A stretch of 64,000 nucleotides of DNA from Trichinella spiralis (lineage: Eukaryota): assembly GCF_000181795.1 (NCBI RefSeq), contig NW_003526944.1, forward strand, positions 4,682,479 to 4,746,478, in the 5' to 3' direction. The translations under genes and the position numbers were made by a program. Shown here piece by piece: positions 27,031 through 39,400 of this stretch. The notes beneath the pieces were generated by a model. That model did no database searches and had not been told where the DNA came from. It saw only the letters and a list, made by a program, of their open reading frames with translations. Position 1 is the first letter of the stretch. Each line of letters begins with the position of its first letter.

Positions 27031-29122
27031 TTCCACTGTTTTACAGATGAATATGTATATGGAAGTATTTGTCTTTTTGTTTCTAAGTTCTAAGAATTTG
27101 TGGGGATGGATGTTGTGCATTTTCTCAGTTCTCTTATATATATATTCAAAATGTTGAGCAAATGTACCAGGTCAGCAGTTCATCGAAAAAGCCAATTGTC
27201 GTGCTTGAGGGCGGCAATTGGTTATTCCATTGACAGACAGCTAGCTGTCTCGTCTGTATTTCCACTTTTTCTTTTGACCAAGCTTGCGTAATATCGGTCA
27301 GATTATGAGGGTGCTTTTTGGGCGTTGCCGTTTTTGTTGTTGGAATTTTTGTTCTTTATTATTTTTATTTTTTTTAAAATTCCCTTTGTAGTTGCTTTTT
27401 CTCTTCATTTTTTCCATTTTATCAAAGCACAAACGGGGGTTGTTTGGTATTTTTCATATCTTTTCTTTTATAACTCATCATCTTGTTCTCTGTACGATTT
27501 CTTTTCATCCATTTTTGAGATATATTATTTTATTTATTATTTCAATAATTTTATCACAGTGTTTCTCATTGTGCAACATGAAACAAAATTTCTGTTATCA
27601 ATGCAACTGTTCTGCATGTAGTTTCATGCAATGGTGTGAATCATATTTTTTTCTTCTATACATATACTACGTACGTATAGTTTATTACTTCTTTGTTGAA
27701 TTTGTTTTTTGAATTTTTTATAATTTTTTCATTCACTTTTTAAATGATTATTATCAACAGTAAGTGTGTTTCAACTTTTGAAGTTTTCAAAATTTATGAC
27801 CAAGCGACTGAAGTGTTTCAATTTTGAATTTCAAGCCATTAATTTTAATACGGCCTGATTGAACTCGCTGCGTTTCAAGTTTTGACCAAATTTTCCGGTG
27901 AATGCAATTTATTTCTTTTTTAAAAATTGAAATTTTTTTTCACTTTTTATTCACAAATTTTTCAAATTGTTCAATTCAACATTTTGCATAGATTATTGAG
28001 AATAAAATTTCTCATTGAGATGGTTTTTTATGAATTAGCCAGCCAGCATTGGGGATGATAATAAGTTTCAAGGTTGTTGTACAGGGCTTTAATTTTCAAA
28101 TCACAGCTTTTTGTTTGATAATTTTTGAAATTTTGCCAATTTTCTGTTTATTTTTATTGTAAACTTCACAACTTTGCATACAAGGTAATTTGCTATGTGG
28201 AATCACAAATTATTAATAATTTCTTTTTTCTTGCAAAGCATTCGAACTTAATTGTTTGAGATTTTCTGTTCGCTTAGTTTGAATTTGATTTTTCTTTTCA
28301 AAATTAAACCACAAACCATTATAGGAGGAATAAATAGACCTTCTTTCTTCAGATTAATCTGCATCTGATTAAAATAATTTTGCACGATTGGAATAGATGT
28401 AGATGGTGATAAAGTTTTTCTTGTTTTGCCTTTCATGCAACTGGATCTGCAGAATTGCAATCTCGTGTTGTTGGTTTGATGAATTGTCGTTCAAACATGC
28501 GACAATTCTCTGCTAAGCTACGCCAATTTTGGGTCACCAATTGATCTTGCAAGCCGCTCTGCATGGTACGGTTGAATTTTTTGGAATCAGATGAAGAGAT
28601 TTTTTTTATCTGCATTCGTCTGAGATGATTTATCTGTCTGTCGCTTGTTGTGCAAATTGTCGCCTGCTTGGACAACAGCAGTCTGGTGCCCTTGTTTGGC
28701 TTCAACTTATAACAATCATGCCGTTTTGTTGTGCTAGTTTTCCTTTTTTTCTTATTTTAAATTTTTTTCCAAATCAAACACTCTGATTATCCGAGAAGTG
28801 GACAACTTCCACTTCTCTTGTGGAACAATTTCATCCCGTTTGTCAAATATTATTGTATGATTTTATTTTATTCAAATATAATTCAAGTAGAACTTAATTC
28901 AAGAAAAAACCAATAAACTCAATATTAATTAATCATTTATTTATAGATTATTTGAAATGAACAATAGTGGAACAGTTTCTGTCTTGCATCACATTGGAAA
29001 GAAAAATGGTCAAGTGAGAAGGTAGATATGTTGTTAATAGTGAAGTAAATGAGGTGAGAAGAAAATAAGCCTTTTTACAGCAGAAGAGAAAATTGTGAAA
29101 TTAAACAACTACATTGAGAAAA

Positions 29123-29986
29123 TTAAAAGCTGATCAATCGACGATTGATCAAATAAAGTCCAATGGAAAACAGCGTGCTGGTCATTTGACATTGAATTGG
29201 GATGAAATTCTTCTGACGCAGCGATTGCAATTCCAAATGTACAAATATCACTTGCACCATCGATTGCATGATCATTATGATCACATACCACAGGCGCAAC
29301 TGGCCAAAACTGATCATCCAAAATACACTGATGACTGCATTGAACACAGCCGAGAAGATGGAAAAATTCAACTGACTTTCCCCTACGTTGTAATTGTCGA
29401 TGAAGTACAGCACGCTGGCAATGGACAAAGACCACAAAAACGGTGGCGGATGAGCAATTATTGACGGATAGTGGGGGCAGGTGATGCCTTCCAAAAAGCC
29501 GATCACACTGGCACCGAAAAACAAATACCAACGACGTTCCTCTTCGGGCATGGTGAACTTTTTGAAGTACATGCTCATCAAGTACGGCGCCAACAACCAC
29601 TTCCCCAAAAACCACAGGATGCTGTGTCGAACCTGCGCCTGCAGGTAGCCCATTTGAGGACAGGTCCCGAATGCCAGGAACCAAATCATCCCCAACAAAC
29701 ACACCGCATTCCACAAGTGCATCTCGAACAACAGTCGTGTGGTTCGTGGTTCCATCGACATCTGGGGCACCGATTCGAGCATCCGTTTCTTTTTTTCGAA
29801 AATTTGATTCCCAACCATTGCCATTTCGGTCGCCCAGTCGGCCAAATCTTCTGAATAATTTTTCACCATTTTCACCCATTCCGCGTAAGTGATCTCGGCT
29901 CGCTTTTTCGTCGCCTTGAACGGCGCAGTCAAATGGTAATTGAAAGCGGATAAAAAATTTTCCAAGCTCTGGTTCACTGAATCCAT
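29123..29986 (-). CDS. Intronless uncharacterised multi-pass membrane protein, 287 aa (hydrophilic N-terminus, ~6-7 hydrophobic segments)
   Basis: Long ATG-initiated ORF with GC above its flanks and alternating hydrophobic stretches (LWNAVCLLGMIWFLAF, WYLFFGASVIGFLEG, FSIFSAVFNAVISVFWMISF). AATAAA lies downstream (~28940). Family not established. Confidence 0.75.
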   Translation of the reverse strand: MDSVNQSLENFLSAFNYHLTAPFKATKKRAEITYAEWVKMVKNYSEDLADWATEMAMVGNQIFEKKKRMLESVPQMSMEPRTTRLLFEMHLWNAVCLLGMIWFLAFGTCPQMGYLQAQVRHSILWFLGKWLLAPYLMSMYFKKFTMPEEERRWYLFFGASVIGFLEGITCPHYPSIIAHPPPFLWSLSIASVLYFIDNYNVGESQLNFSIFSAVFNAVISVFWMISFGQLRLWYVIIMIMQSMVQVIFVHLELQSLRQKNFIPIQCQMTSTLFSIGLYLINRRLISF

Positions 29987-30928
29987 GGTCACTCGACACT
30001 TCACACTTCCAACACTGTTCTGTCACTCTGATCGATTTACCAATTGCACTTGTGAAAAATGGTTTAAAGAACTTTTAAACATTTCACGTTTAAAACTCAT
30101 ATTGTTTAAATTTAAAGCATTGATCGCTTTTTTAATCTTTAAACCATTGTCAAGTCGGTGTGTAACAACGAATTCACTAGCGGTTGACAATTTTTCACTT
30201 TTTTCAATTTATCAATTAATCATATCAAAACAACCATCTTGAAATAGCTTTCTAATCATCTGTATGCTATGGGTCAACTTTTCGCCACAACGGTAACAAG
30301 GTTAACTGAAACTGAAATTTGTCGAACAAATTGTGTATAATATTGTGAAAATTCTTTTCTTTTCTTTTCATTTTATCAAAACATAATGAAATGCCACAAA
30401 TTTGACAATTAACTACATGTCGCAATATTTTCAGTATTTATTTATTTTTTATTCTTAATATTATCGAAGTGGTGTGCTTTTGAACTCTGTCGGTTTTTCG
30501 TTTTAAACGAAATTAGAATACGAAATTTTATTATCCCAATCAATTCGTTCAAAAACATGCACAAGTTTGATTTTTCATCAACCGTCAAACATAATATCAT
30601 TAGTATACTTTTTGATTTTCAGGTTACTACATAATGCTTTATTCAATCTTTTCACAAATGTATACATATATCGACTTTTCAAAATCTACTGTACATAATC
30701 GATTTTGTAAAGATTCTATTTTGGGAAAATGAAATCCTAGCACAACATAATAAAAATTTTATTTTATTAAAATAACAATTTTCAAAAACACTTTCACATT
30801 CTTTTAAAAAGTTTGTACGTTTAATCATATTTGGCTCTTCATATTGTCAAATTTTAATGTACCTATCAATCATTTTGTTTAGAACGATCGTTTATTAATT
30901 TGCAAATATTTATTGCATACGTGCAAAG

Positions 30929-31526
30929 ATGTGTAATTCCATTAGCAAGCAGATTAGCTCAGTCACGAATTCACCAGTGTGGAAAAAAATTGTTCTGGGT
31001 ACAGCTTCCGGATTGTATGCTGCATTTCAAAAATACCACTCGAAACACGTCTAAAATGTGTACATTTTTTAAGCATAACCGGCTATTGTGGCACTAAATA
31101 TGGGAAAATGATTGCATTGGCTGTTGGCGGAAGTTTAATTATATTTTTGGTAAGCAATTGCGGCTATTTGATGAACCTGTTATAAATTTTAAAAGTTTAT
31201 TAATACTTGTATCTCTTATATCAATATTGTTCTGTATATGATTTTTTCTTTGATCTATTGCGTCCGTTTAGATGGCATTACAAAGAAAAGGCGGCGTTTT
31301 GGACTTCGATGCACTGGACGAGAAGGCAAAGGAAGCTCTGGATATGATGGAAGAACGTTTGCGCCAGAATAATGCTAACTTGTCGAAGGTTTGCTTTGAT
31401 CGTTAATGGTTTGAATTTTGTCAATTTGATCATCATTATTTACAGATGAAAAGATTTTTGAAGCGAGAAAGCTTTTTAGTGGGCGGCTTTTGCGCTGGCC
31501 TGTTGTTGGGATTTGGCTGTGCTTGA
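30929..31526 (+). CDS. FUN14-domain (FUNDC-like) mitochondrial outer-membrane protein, ~119 aa; exons 30929-31014, 31074-31149, 31272-31388, 31446-31526
   Basis: Spliced product ...KIVLGTASGFITGYCGTKYGKMIALAVGGSLIIFLMALQRKGGVLDFDALDEKAKEA...FLVGGFCAGLLLGFGCA* follows the FUN14 pattern (GK-x-A-x-AVGG; GGF-x-GLLLG). Confidence 0.85.
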
Positions 31527-32599
31527 TGTGAACTTGAAAATGTTTTTGTTTGTTTATGAAGTTATTATTGATGATTTTTGAAAAAATTTTGTTGGTGCTA
31601 ATTCAGAATTTATAGCATTCGTTCTGTTTTCAAGGCTGTGATGGCGCTTTTCTGAGCAGCACTGCGAAATTGTGTTACCAATCGCAGCATAGTTACTTGC
31701 TTGTTCGCTAGAATTGTATTGAAAGATTTTCAATGAACAGCATCGCACGGATTAGATGTTCTCGTATTTCGAATAAATAAAATTTTTTGCATCATTTATC
31801 CGTAATTACATGCAAAAATAATGGGAAAATTGACACATCTAATGTACAGTATGCTAGATATCCGTTCTCATTTTCAATTAACGTATACATTGCAGAAAGT
31901 TTATTTTGAAATAAAAATAATATACATATTTCATTAAAATATTTTAAATTTAAAATAAACACAATACGCCAAGTTTAATTTATTGTAACTTATTAACAGG
32001 AAAATCAAGTTCAAATTTTTTCTAGCCGTCATGTATAAAATTTTACACGGCTGAAAGTGTGTAATTTTTGTTAATTTGAAGAATATTGAATGAACATTTT
32101 TGCTCTACAACTGCACTTATGTTCTAGCTAGAATTAGTTGATATTTGTTTGAATCAAATTTTTGTTAAAGATGCTGAAACTTGATTTTTAGTTTGGTAAT
32201 CATCGTTCAAACACTGCTGCCTGAACGAACATGCTATAGTTTGCATGTGAATTTTACGTATGCGTTGTTCGCTTGAATGAATTTCTTTAATTGAATCATT
32301 CGAAATAAACATACATTGATTTCGATCACAATTTGTAATTTATTACGTTTTTAATTCTTGATTACAGAAAATGTTAAACTTTCACTGAACGCTTGTTTTG
32401 ACTTGAAGCTGATCATCTTAGCAAAAATTGACTAGAATTAACACGGTATGTAATTGCGGTGGTTAGTTTCAAACGTTGAAATTAATCTTTGCCCAAGCGA
32501 TATTGCTGTTATTGCAAATTGTTTATCATTTGTTTAATAAGTGTTTGATTGTTGTGAAAATTTCAGCTAGTAGAAAAGCATTTTTACAACTTCTTCGAA

Positions 32600-33538
32600 A
32601 TGGACATACTGAATAAATTAGTATCCTTTCCATTGAAAATGGTAGCCACGGCTGGAGTTGCTTTGGTACTTTATGTTCTGATGGTCCGCCAACGTCAGCA
32701 GAGGCGAATGTGTTGGCTGCGCAACAAGACGGTACTAATTACGGGCGCCAGCTCTGGTCTCGGTGAGGCTTTGGCTAGACAGTTCTACTTGCAAGGATGC
32801 AAGGTGATTTTGGCAGCCCGCAGTTTGAACAAGCTGCATAAAAACTGCGAAGTGTTGGTTCAGAAAGAGTCGTCGGCTGTGAAGAATCGGATTCGTCTGC
32901 ACGAGCCTCAGTGTTACGCTGTCGATTTGGCAAATCCGAACAGCATAGAGTCGTTTGTTGAAGAAGTTGTTGAACGCAATCCGGTGATAGATGTGATTGT
33001 AAATAATGCCGGTATTTCGGTCCGTTCTTGCGCTCTGGATACGACCATGCAAGTGCATCGTCTGTTGATGGAAGTGAATTATTTCGGTCACATTGCCGTG
33101 ACGCAAGCAATCTTGAACAGGGACGTAAAGTCGAAAAGCGTTGTCTGCATAAGCAGCGTGCAGGGTCGTATAGCTATACCTCATCGGAGCGCTTATGCCG
33201 CTTCCAAGCACGCTTTTCAGGCCTACTTTGACTGTTTGAGGGCAGAAGTGGCGCATCGTGGCTTGCAAGTGTTGCTAGTATCCCCGGGTTATATAAGGAC
33301 GCAACTGTCGGCCAACGCTTTGGACGGTACGGGTGTGGCACAGAATGTTGTCGACAGAAACACCGAAACTGGCATGATGCCCGACTGGGTTGCTTGCAGG
33401 ATTCTCAAAGCGTTGGTAAACAACGAACAAGAGTTGATCTTGGCTTCTTGGTATGTTCGGTTTGCAATACTTTTGCGCGTTGTCTGGCCATCGCTTTATT
33501 TTTGGATAATGCAAAGACGCGCTTCCAGAACAGAATAG
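32600..33538 (+). CDS. DHRS7B: Short-chain dehydrogenase/reductase, DHRS7B-like, intronless, 312 aa
   Basis: N-terminal TM segment, TGASSGLG, NNAG, MEVNYFG, ISSVQGRIAIPHRSAYAASKHA (YxxxK) and VSPGYIRT. Confidence 0.88.
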   Translation: MDILNKLVSFPLKMVATAGVALVLYVLMVRQRQQRRMCWLRNKTVLITGASSGLGEALARQFYLQGCKVILAARSLNKLHKNCEVLVQKESSAVKNRIRLHEPQCYAVDLANPNSIESFVEEVVERNPVIDVIVNNAGISVRSCALDTTMQVHRLLMEVNYFGHIAVTQAILNRDVKSKSVVCISSVQGRIAIPHRSAYAASKHAFQAYFDCLRAEVAHRGLQVLLVSPGYIRTQLSANALDGTGVAQNVVDRNTETGMMPDWVACRILKALVNNEQELILASWYVRFAILLRVVWPSLYFWIMQRRASRTE

Positions 33539-34169
33539 TGCTTTATTTTTTGTACTATCATCAATTTTTGTAAACGTTGTATTTCATTTAGCACGAATTG
33601 TGATTTGATAATTTTTCAATTAAATACTTTATATCAAAATGATGTGGATTAATTTTTTTCTGTTAATTTTTTCCATTTTATTTTACCAAATAATGTACAT
33701 TTGTTGATGATTATTTGCTGAAGAAGTGATTTTTAGAGAAAACAAAAATTTTTTTCACAAAAATTGCGAAATCTTATGGGCTGAATGTTTTTCAAAGTTT
33801 GGAAAAGCAAATTTCTAATTTTCCATAAGAATTTGCTGCAGATTCAAAACACCGAGTAGGAGAAATGCACAGCTAACAACAACGAATCGCATTTTAATAA
33901 GCGCAACGCACAGCACAAGCGCGCACGGACGATCCTTGGAGAAAGTAGTGAGCGCAGGAGCTAAAATGGGTTATCCTGTATACACACCTCCAGGTTGCGC
34001 ATATCTTGTGCCTTATTTACATATTTATTGACTGAACAATGTTCATCAACTTCACTCACATCCCCAACAGTGTATTTTAGAATGTTCTGCAGAATTTTGG
34101 TGATGCGGTACTTTTGGAATAAATGACCACTGAAAACACAAGAAAGCTGGCGTTGCGAAATATTATTTC

Positions 34170-34621
34170 TAAAGGTCGCGGAAGAAACAAAACCCATCCT
34201 CGCCATTTACGATGAAGAAATTTCCGCCGCGTCCGCTGTGCCATCTGCATCTGGCCATTTTCCGCTTTTCAAGCGGATGAAGTCCACGATGTACAGCCAT
34301 CGGACAAAGCGATACCTAAAACTGCCTGAACATCGTCGGAACTAGCAAATCCCTGACGCATTCAGGGCAACAATGGCCGGTGAAGATTTTTTGCTGTGGC
34401 AGAGTGCATCGAGTCATATATTGGTATTGGCTACGGGTTCTAACATTAGACTGATGGCAACCAGGCGAACCTGGGCATTGGATGGTACATTCAAGGTTGT
34501 ACCACAATGGTATCAAAAACTGTTTCCCATCCATACCTTCTTGGCGGGCAAGCTGCTGCCAGCAGTCTATTGTTTATGTACGGATAAAGATCTTACGTCA
34601 ATCTTAATCCACAAACAATAA
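34170..34621 (+). mobile_element. Decayed Mutator-like (MULE) transposase fragment
   Basis: EETKPILAIYDEE...GHFPLFKRMKSTMYSHRTKRYLKLP...(TAG 34343-34345)...GEDFLLWQS...TWALDGTFKVVPQWYQKLFPIH...KLLPAVYCL. DGTFK is the first catalytic-Asp motif of MULEs; truncated, no TIRs seen. Confidence 0.85.
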
Positions 34622-35208
34622 TTTGTGATTTTGAAATCTCTCTGATACCACTTTGTTAATATTGTTCACTGTTATATTGTTTATTGTTGTTGTTGTTGAC
34701 TGTTCTTTACTGTTGTTGTTGCTGCTCTTGACTAGTGAAAAATCAAAATCACTATTTAACTTATTTTTGTATTGTATCGTTTTTTCTGAATTATTACTAT
34801 CGCATGTGATATAACGTAACTGTGGTACAATAAAATATAGAATAATGATAAAAGTTATTATTGAAAACGTTGATCACTAAAAAGTATAAACTTCACTAAT
34901 AATATATTGGAAAAACAAAATTTCAATGAATGATAAAACTTATAAATCTTGATTGAAACAATTCCCAAATAAGGAATATTTTCATTATTAATGTTACGTC
35001 ACCACTATTAAAGTTACGTAATCCTAAATGGAATATTTGAACCAATGAAATGAAGAATATTACAGCTAATCACAACTGAAGAGTTTGAATCAATGAGCAA
35101 TTAGATAAGGAAAACTAATAAGACGACGAATTGATGGTCCAATGAAATAGCGAGTTCAACGACCAGTAAAATTAGACCGTGAAAATTTGTCCCGCAATCC
35201 ACCATCCC

Positions 35209-35218
35209 NNNNNNNNNN
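35209..35218. other. Assembly gap
   Basis: 10 N. Confidence 1.
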
Positions 35219-35529
35219 GCGTTGTCGGCGGCGGCCAGCCCAATCAGCAGAATATCCATCGACGTGGGTGTGCTATTGGAACGACGAAACAAGTGGATGA
35301 AAATGGCGTTGCTGACCAAGCCGATTACGGCAACGACAATCATCAGCACACTGCAGACGACATTGAACAGAAATTGACTTGCCGGATATGAATAGGCAGC
35401 TAACAGTGGCGACAAACTTTCTTCGAACACAATTGCCGCCGCCGCCGCCCCTTTGTTTGTCCAATTCGAAGTTGAATTGAAATTTGAATTTTCAGCCGAC
35501 GGTGAACAACCCATAATTATTGTTGTCAT
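35219..35529 (-). CDS. Class A (rhodopsin-like) GPCR, probably a neuropeptide receptor; 5' part only, cut by an N gap
   Basis: N-terminus with NST and NWT sequons, TM1 (FLFNVVCSVLMIVVAVIGLVSNAIF, GxxxN) and TM2 start (MDILLIGLAAADN, LAxxD) running into the gap at 35218. Confidence 0.8.
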
Positions 35530-36456
35530 CAATATTAAATATTTGCCAAGCTGTGGCAGGACGCTTGTGGATGTTCTGAATTCGAGAGGATTTTATTAAT
35601 TAATTACTAATTTTCTGCTTCTTCGTCTTTTTCTTCTTCTTCTTCTTCTTCTTGTTGTTGTTGTACTTTTGCTACTGCTGCTTGTATTGACAACGACAGA
35701 TGAGGCATGATTGGTCACACAGACAGTGGGAATATTTTATTTCATCGCGTTTCACACGACCACGTCGTTGGTACATCAAGTAACATGAGCTTGACGACGG
35801 CAATTTCTGCGAGAAAAAAAAATGCAAATTTTAATTTTTTTTTCTTCAATTAAATCGTGTAAACTGTCAAAGTGAATAACGGTCGAGAAAAGTTGCATGA
35901 ATGTAATCGACTGCGTCATGACAATTTAAAATCGAATTAATTCGGATTTTTTTTCTTGCTTTTTATTTCTGGAGGGAATTTTAGAAATTTACGTTTTTTT
36001 CTCTCTCTCTTTTTCTCTGATCACCACCAAATCAACAGTCGTCATTGAATGCCAAATAATTAACTACTGCTCAGGCTAATTTTTCAAATTTCACTACATG
36101 CTCTGTGATGATGGAATTATTAGTCTGAAATTTTCAAATTAAAATGGAAAATGCTCGTTTTGTCGATCCAGTGAAAAATAGCTGACTGATTTGGAAAATA
36201 ATTGAGCATTTTTAAAAATATTTTTCTTTTCACGCTAATAATTTGGAAACAGCATTGCAAAATTCAACCGAAACGAAAAACCACCCACCACAATAAGTCA
36301 CCATTAATAATTCTTTCACTCATTTTTCCAATTGCTTTATACAACAAAATGCAATTTCTAAATATGGGAAATAATTTTTCGTTCTGCTCTCAATCCATTG
36401 CATTGTTGTCAAACGAGCATCTTGTCGACATGCAATTTAAACTAGCAGATGGAATA

Positions 36457-36458
<2 letters not shown>

Positions 36459-36490
<32 letters not shown>
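36459..36490. repeat. (TAT)n microsatellite
   Basis: Run of tattattat... Confidence 0.9.
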
Positions 36491-39400
36491 TGTTTAGTCA
36501 AGGATTGCTAATTATATACTAAATAAAGTACTAATTTGAAAAGAATAAAAAATGTAATAATCATGCAACATTTATACAAGCTTTGTTAAGCGCTTAGAGA
36601 TAGGATATATACGCATGACATAACATGATATACAAGTGACGCGTTTTGCCTTTGTACAGATGAAAGTGTGATAAATTTAATTATTCTTCATTTGTAGTAT
36701 GATTTGTAGTGGATCTGAGAATAACAGCTTTATCCACTTAAATATTTTTTCACTAGTCTATTTGAATTTTGAAGCAAATGTTATTTTTTAATTTCCCTTT
36801 GCGGAGAGAGAGATTTAAATATTATATATCAAGTGTACATGAATTTTTTTAATGTAAATAAGTGAAAATATTACCTTCTTTGAAAAATTCCTCTTTTTGT
36901 GAAATTTTTTGTTGTGTTGTGAAATGAGATATTTTCGTGTCGTCAATAAATAAATTATTGATGAATTTTAACTATTTATATGTTGAGTTGATGAAAATGT
37001 TCCATCCAATTCATCTCAATTCAACTAGATGGCTGTGATCAAATTTGAAAAATGAGGTTTTAATAATCAATATTTGGAAACAATTTTTATTATCAAGAAA
37101 CAAATGATTATTCATCATATATGTTGATAATATTAAATCATCATTTTATCATCATCATCATCAACAAGAATTTTCAGTTGAAATAGCTATTCTGATTTAT
37201 TTATATACATGTGTGTATATTAATTTTTTATGACAATTTTGTTTACTATTTATTGATTTCTCAGACTAGTTATTATTATTATTAAGCGTGTATGCCGACA
37301 TATATAAGATTTTGATGAGTGACGTGAAATTTAACATCCCTCTGCTGAAATGATTCAAAACGTCAGGACAAGGCCAGCTCTCTTGGGGCTTTTTGTCTTT
37401 AGCAGCGTAATCATTGTTTCGATTTGGTATGATCAATGTGATTTTAATGATGAATATTGTTGGGAAAAACATTTCAAGAGTGTGTTTAAACTGTTTTTTT
37501 TTTGTTGCAACGTGCTACTTACTTATCCTGCTATAAATATCCAAACTATAAAAAGGGCTAGTTTGTCATTTTCAGAACGGTCGAATAAGTTTCAAATTAT
37601 ATAATTAAATATCTGTTATATAATTGTTATGTATTATTATAAATGGCGTAGAAATTTCTTTACTACAATGCACGAGTGTAAAAATGTTTTATGAAATTGT
37701 TGGAAATTGAACACAAAAAAAACGCAACTCACATTTGAATTTGAAGCATATTTTGTTTCGTCTGTGCATGTGAATTTGTTGCATCCCAAAAATTGTAGCC
37801 ATGGATTTAGAGCAACAGATTTACCGTTTTACAGTTTGCAGGAACTGTGGAAAAATTCAAGCTGAAATTTTTTCCATTGAATACTTTTTTTCTGCTCAGC
37901 AGTGGGGGGGGGGACAATTTTCGCTAGCCAAAATCAAGCTTGCTATAAAACCTCAGTTATAGATACTTATCGTCAGCTGCTCGTGCTTGTCCTCGAAAGA
38001 CTATAAATTTTTAAACTTTTGAAATTGATGAATTGTTCTCTCGTTAATATGCATAAGCTTGGCATTTATTATTATTATTATTATTATTGTCTTTTTTTCT
38101 AAAAAAAGAAAAACGGTCACTGAATGGAAGAAAAAAATTGTTGAACATGGGAAAAAGTTTTTTTTGTTTCAAAATGTGCCATTTTTAATTTTTAGAATTT
38201 AATAATTTTTGTAGCAAATTTATATAACTTTTTTGTTCTATAATTCTGATGAAAAATGATTGTTTGAGGAACTATTCACAAGACAAAGGAGGAGGGGGGG
38301 GGGTAAATGAGAAATTAGTTGAAAACATTGCAAATGAAATGCAAATTAAAAAAGACAATTATAATATTGTGCTAGGCGTTTGGACTTGGAAAAAAAGAAA
38401 GAAATATCCACTCGGAACATTTTGAAAATTGTATTCAATCTTTCTGCAATGCAAATAATATTGTTGCTCCTTTGATGCAGTGAAAATGATAAACTCAATA
38501 AATTAGATAAAACAAATCAGCAACAATATTATTATTAATAGCAAGTATATAGAAGTAGAGTAGTAATAGAAGTAGGTGATATTATACTGTGAATCTGTGG
38601 CATTTATGAAATTGTTAAAATTTTTTAAATTCTCTTCTTACATCTAACAATATTGATTATCAGATTAAAAAATTTTCAAATAAAAATAAATTATCAGTAA
38701 CAAGAACAACAACAGTTATAATAATTGATATTATTCTTTTTTTAACTGTTCGTTTATAATCAAATTGACATTTTTTTTATCAAATGAAATCAAATTATGC
38801 ACATCGTTCTTAAATAATAAAGGCGGGTATGGAAGAAATTTTTAAAAGTATATCGCTGTGTGCTGCCTGCGTAATTAATTGATTTGCACGTGATCGGTCT
38901 ATTAGCGTGATTATATTAATTTCGATATTTAAATTCGGAACAATTTTTAATTAATACGAGCACCTGTTCCTTGGCAGAAATTGAAATTTCAGTGATATGA
39001 TTATTTGACGCATCTCTGAAGAATTTGGAATTTCAAGCATCTTTTTTATAATAATTATTTATGAGTGTTGTTAAAAATTAAACTATTATTTGTTAATTTT
39101 TGTCATTAAAACGTCAATTATTCTACATAATGAAATATTTATTCTACAGTGTAAGTGATTGCTCAACTGAGCTTGTTGGAAAATGGACGGTGATTCTATT
39201 GTAAAATCAATATTTTTTGTAAGTTAAATTTATATTTTTAATTTTGTAAAGTTATTATTACTATTATCACTGAATAATTAATCAATAGTAATTATTATTG
39301 CATATAATTTTTAATTGAAATATTTTGCATGAATGTTAACTGATATATATGATATACCTCCTTATATTATATTCGCCGTTTTATGCCATTCAGTATATTG

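Noticed and set aside
32735..33514. Minus-strand ORFs over the SDR
   Set aside because: Antisense shadows with no motifs.
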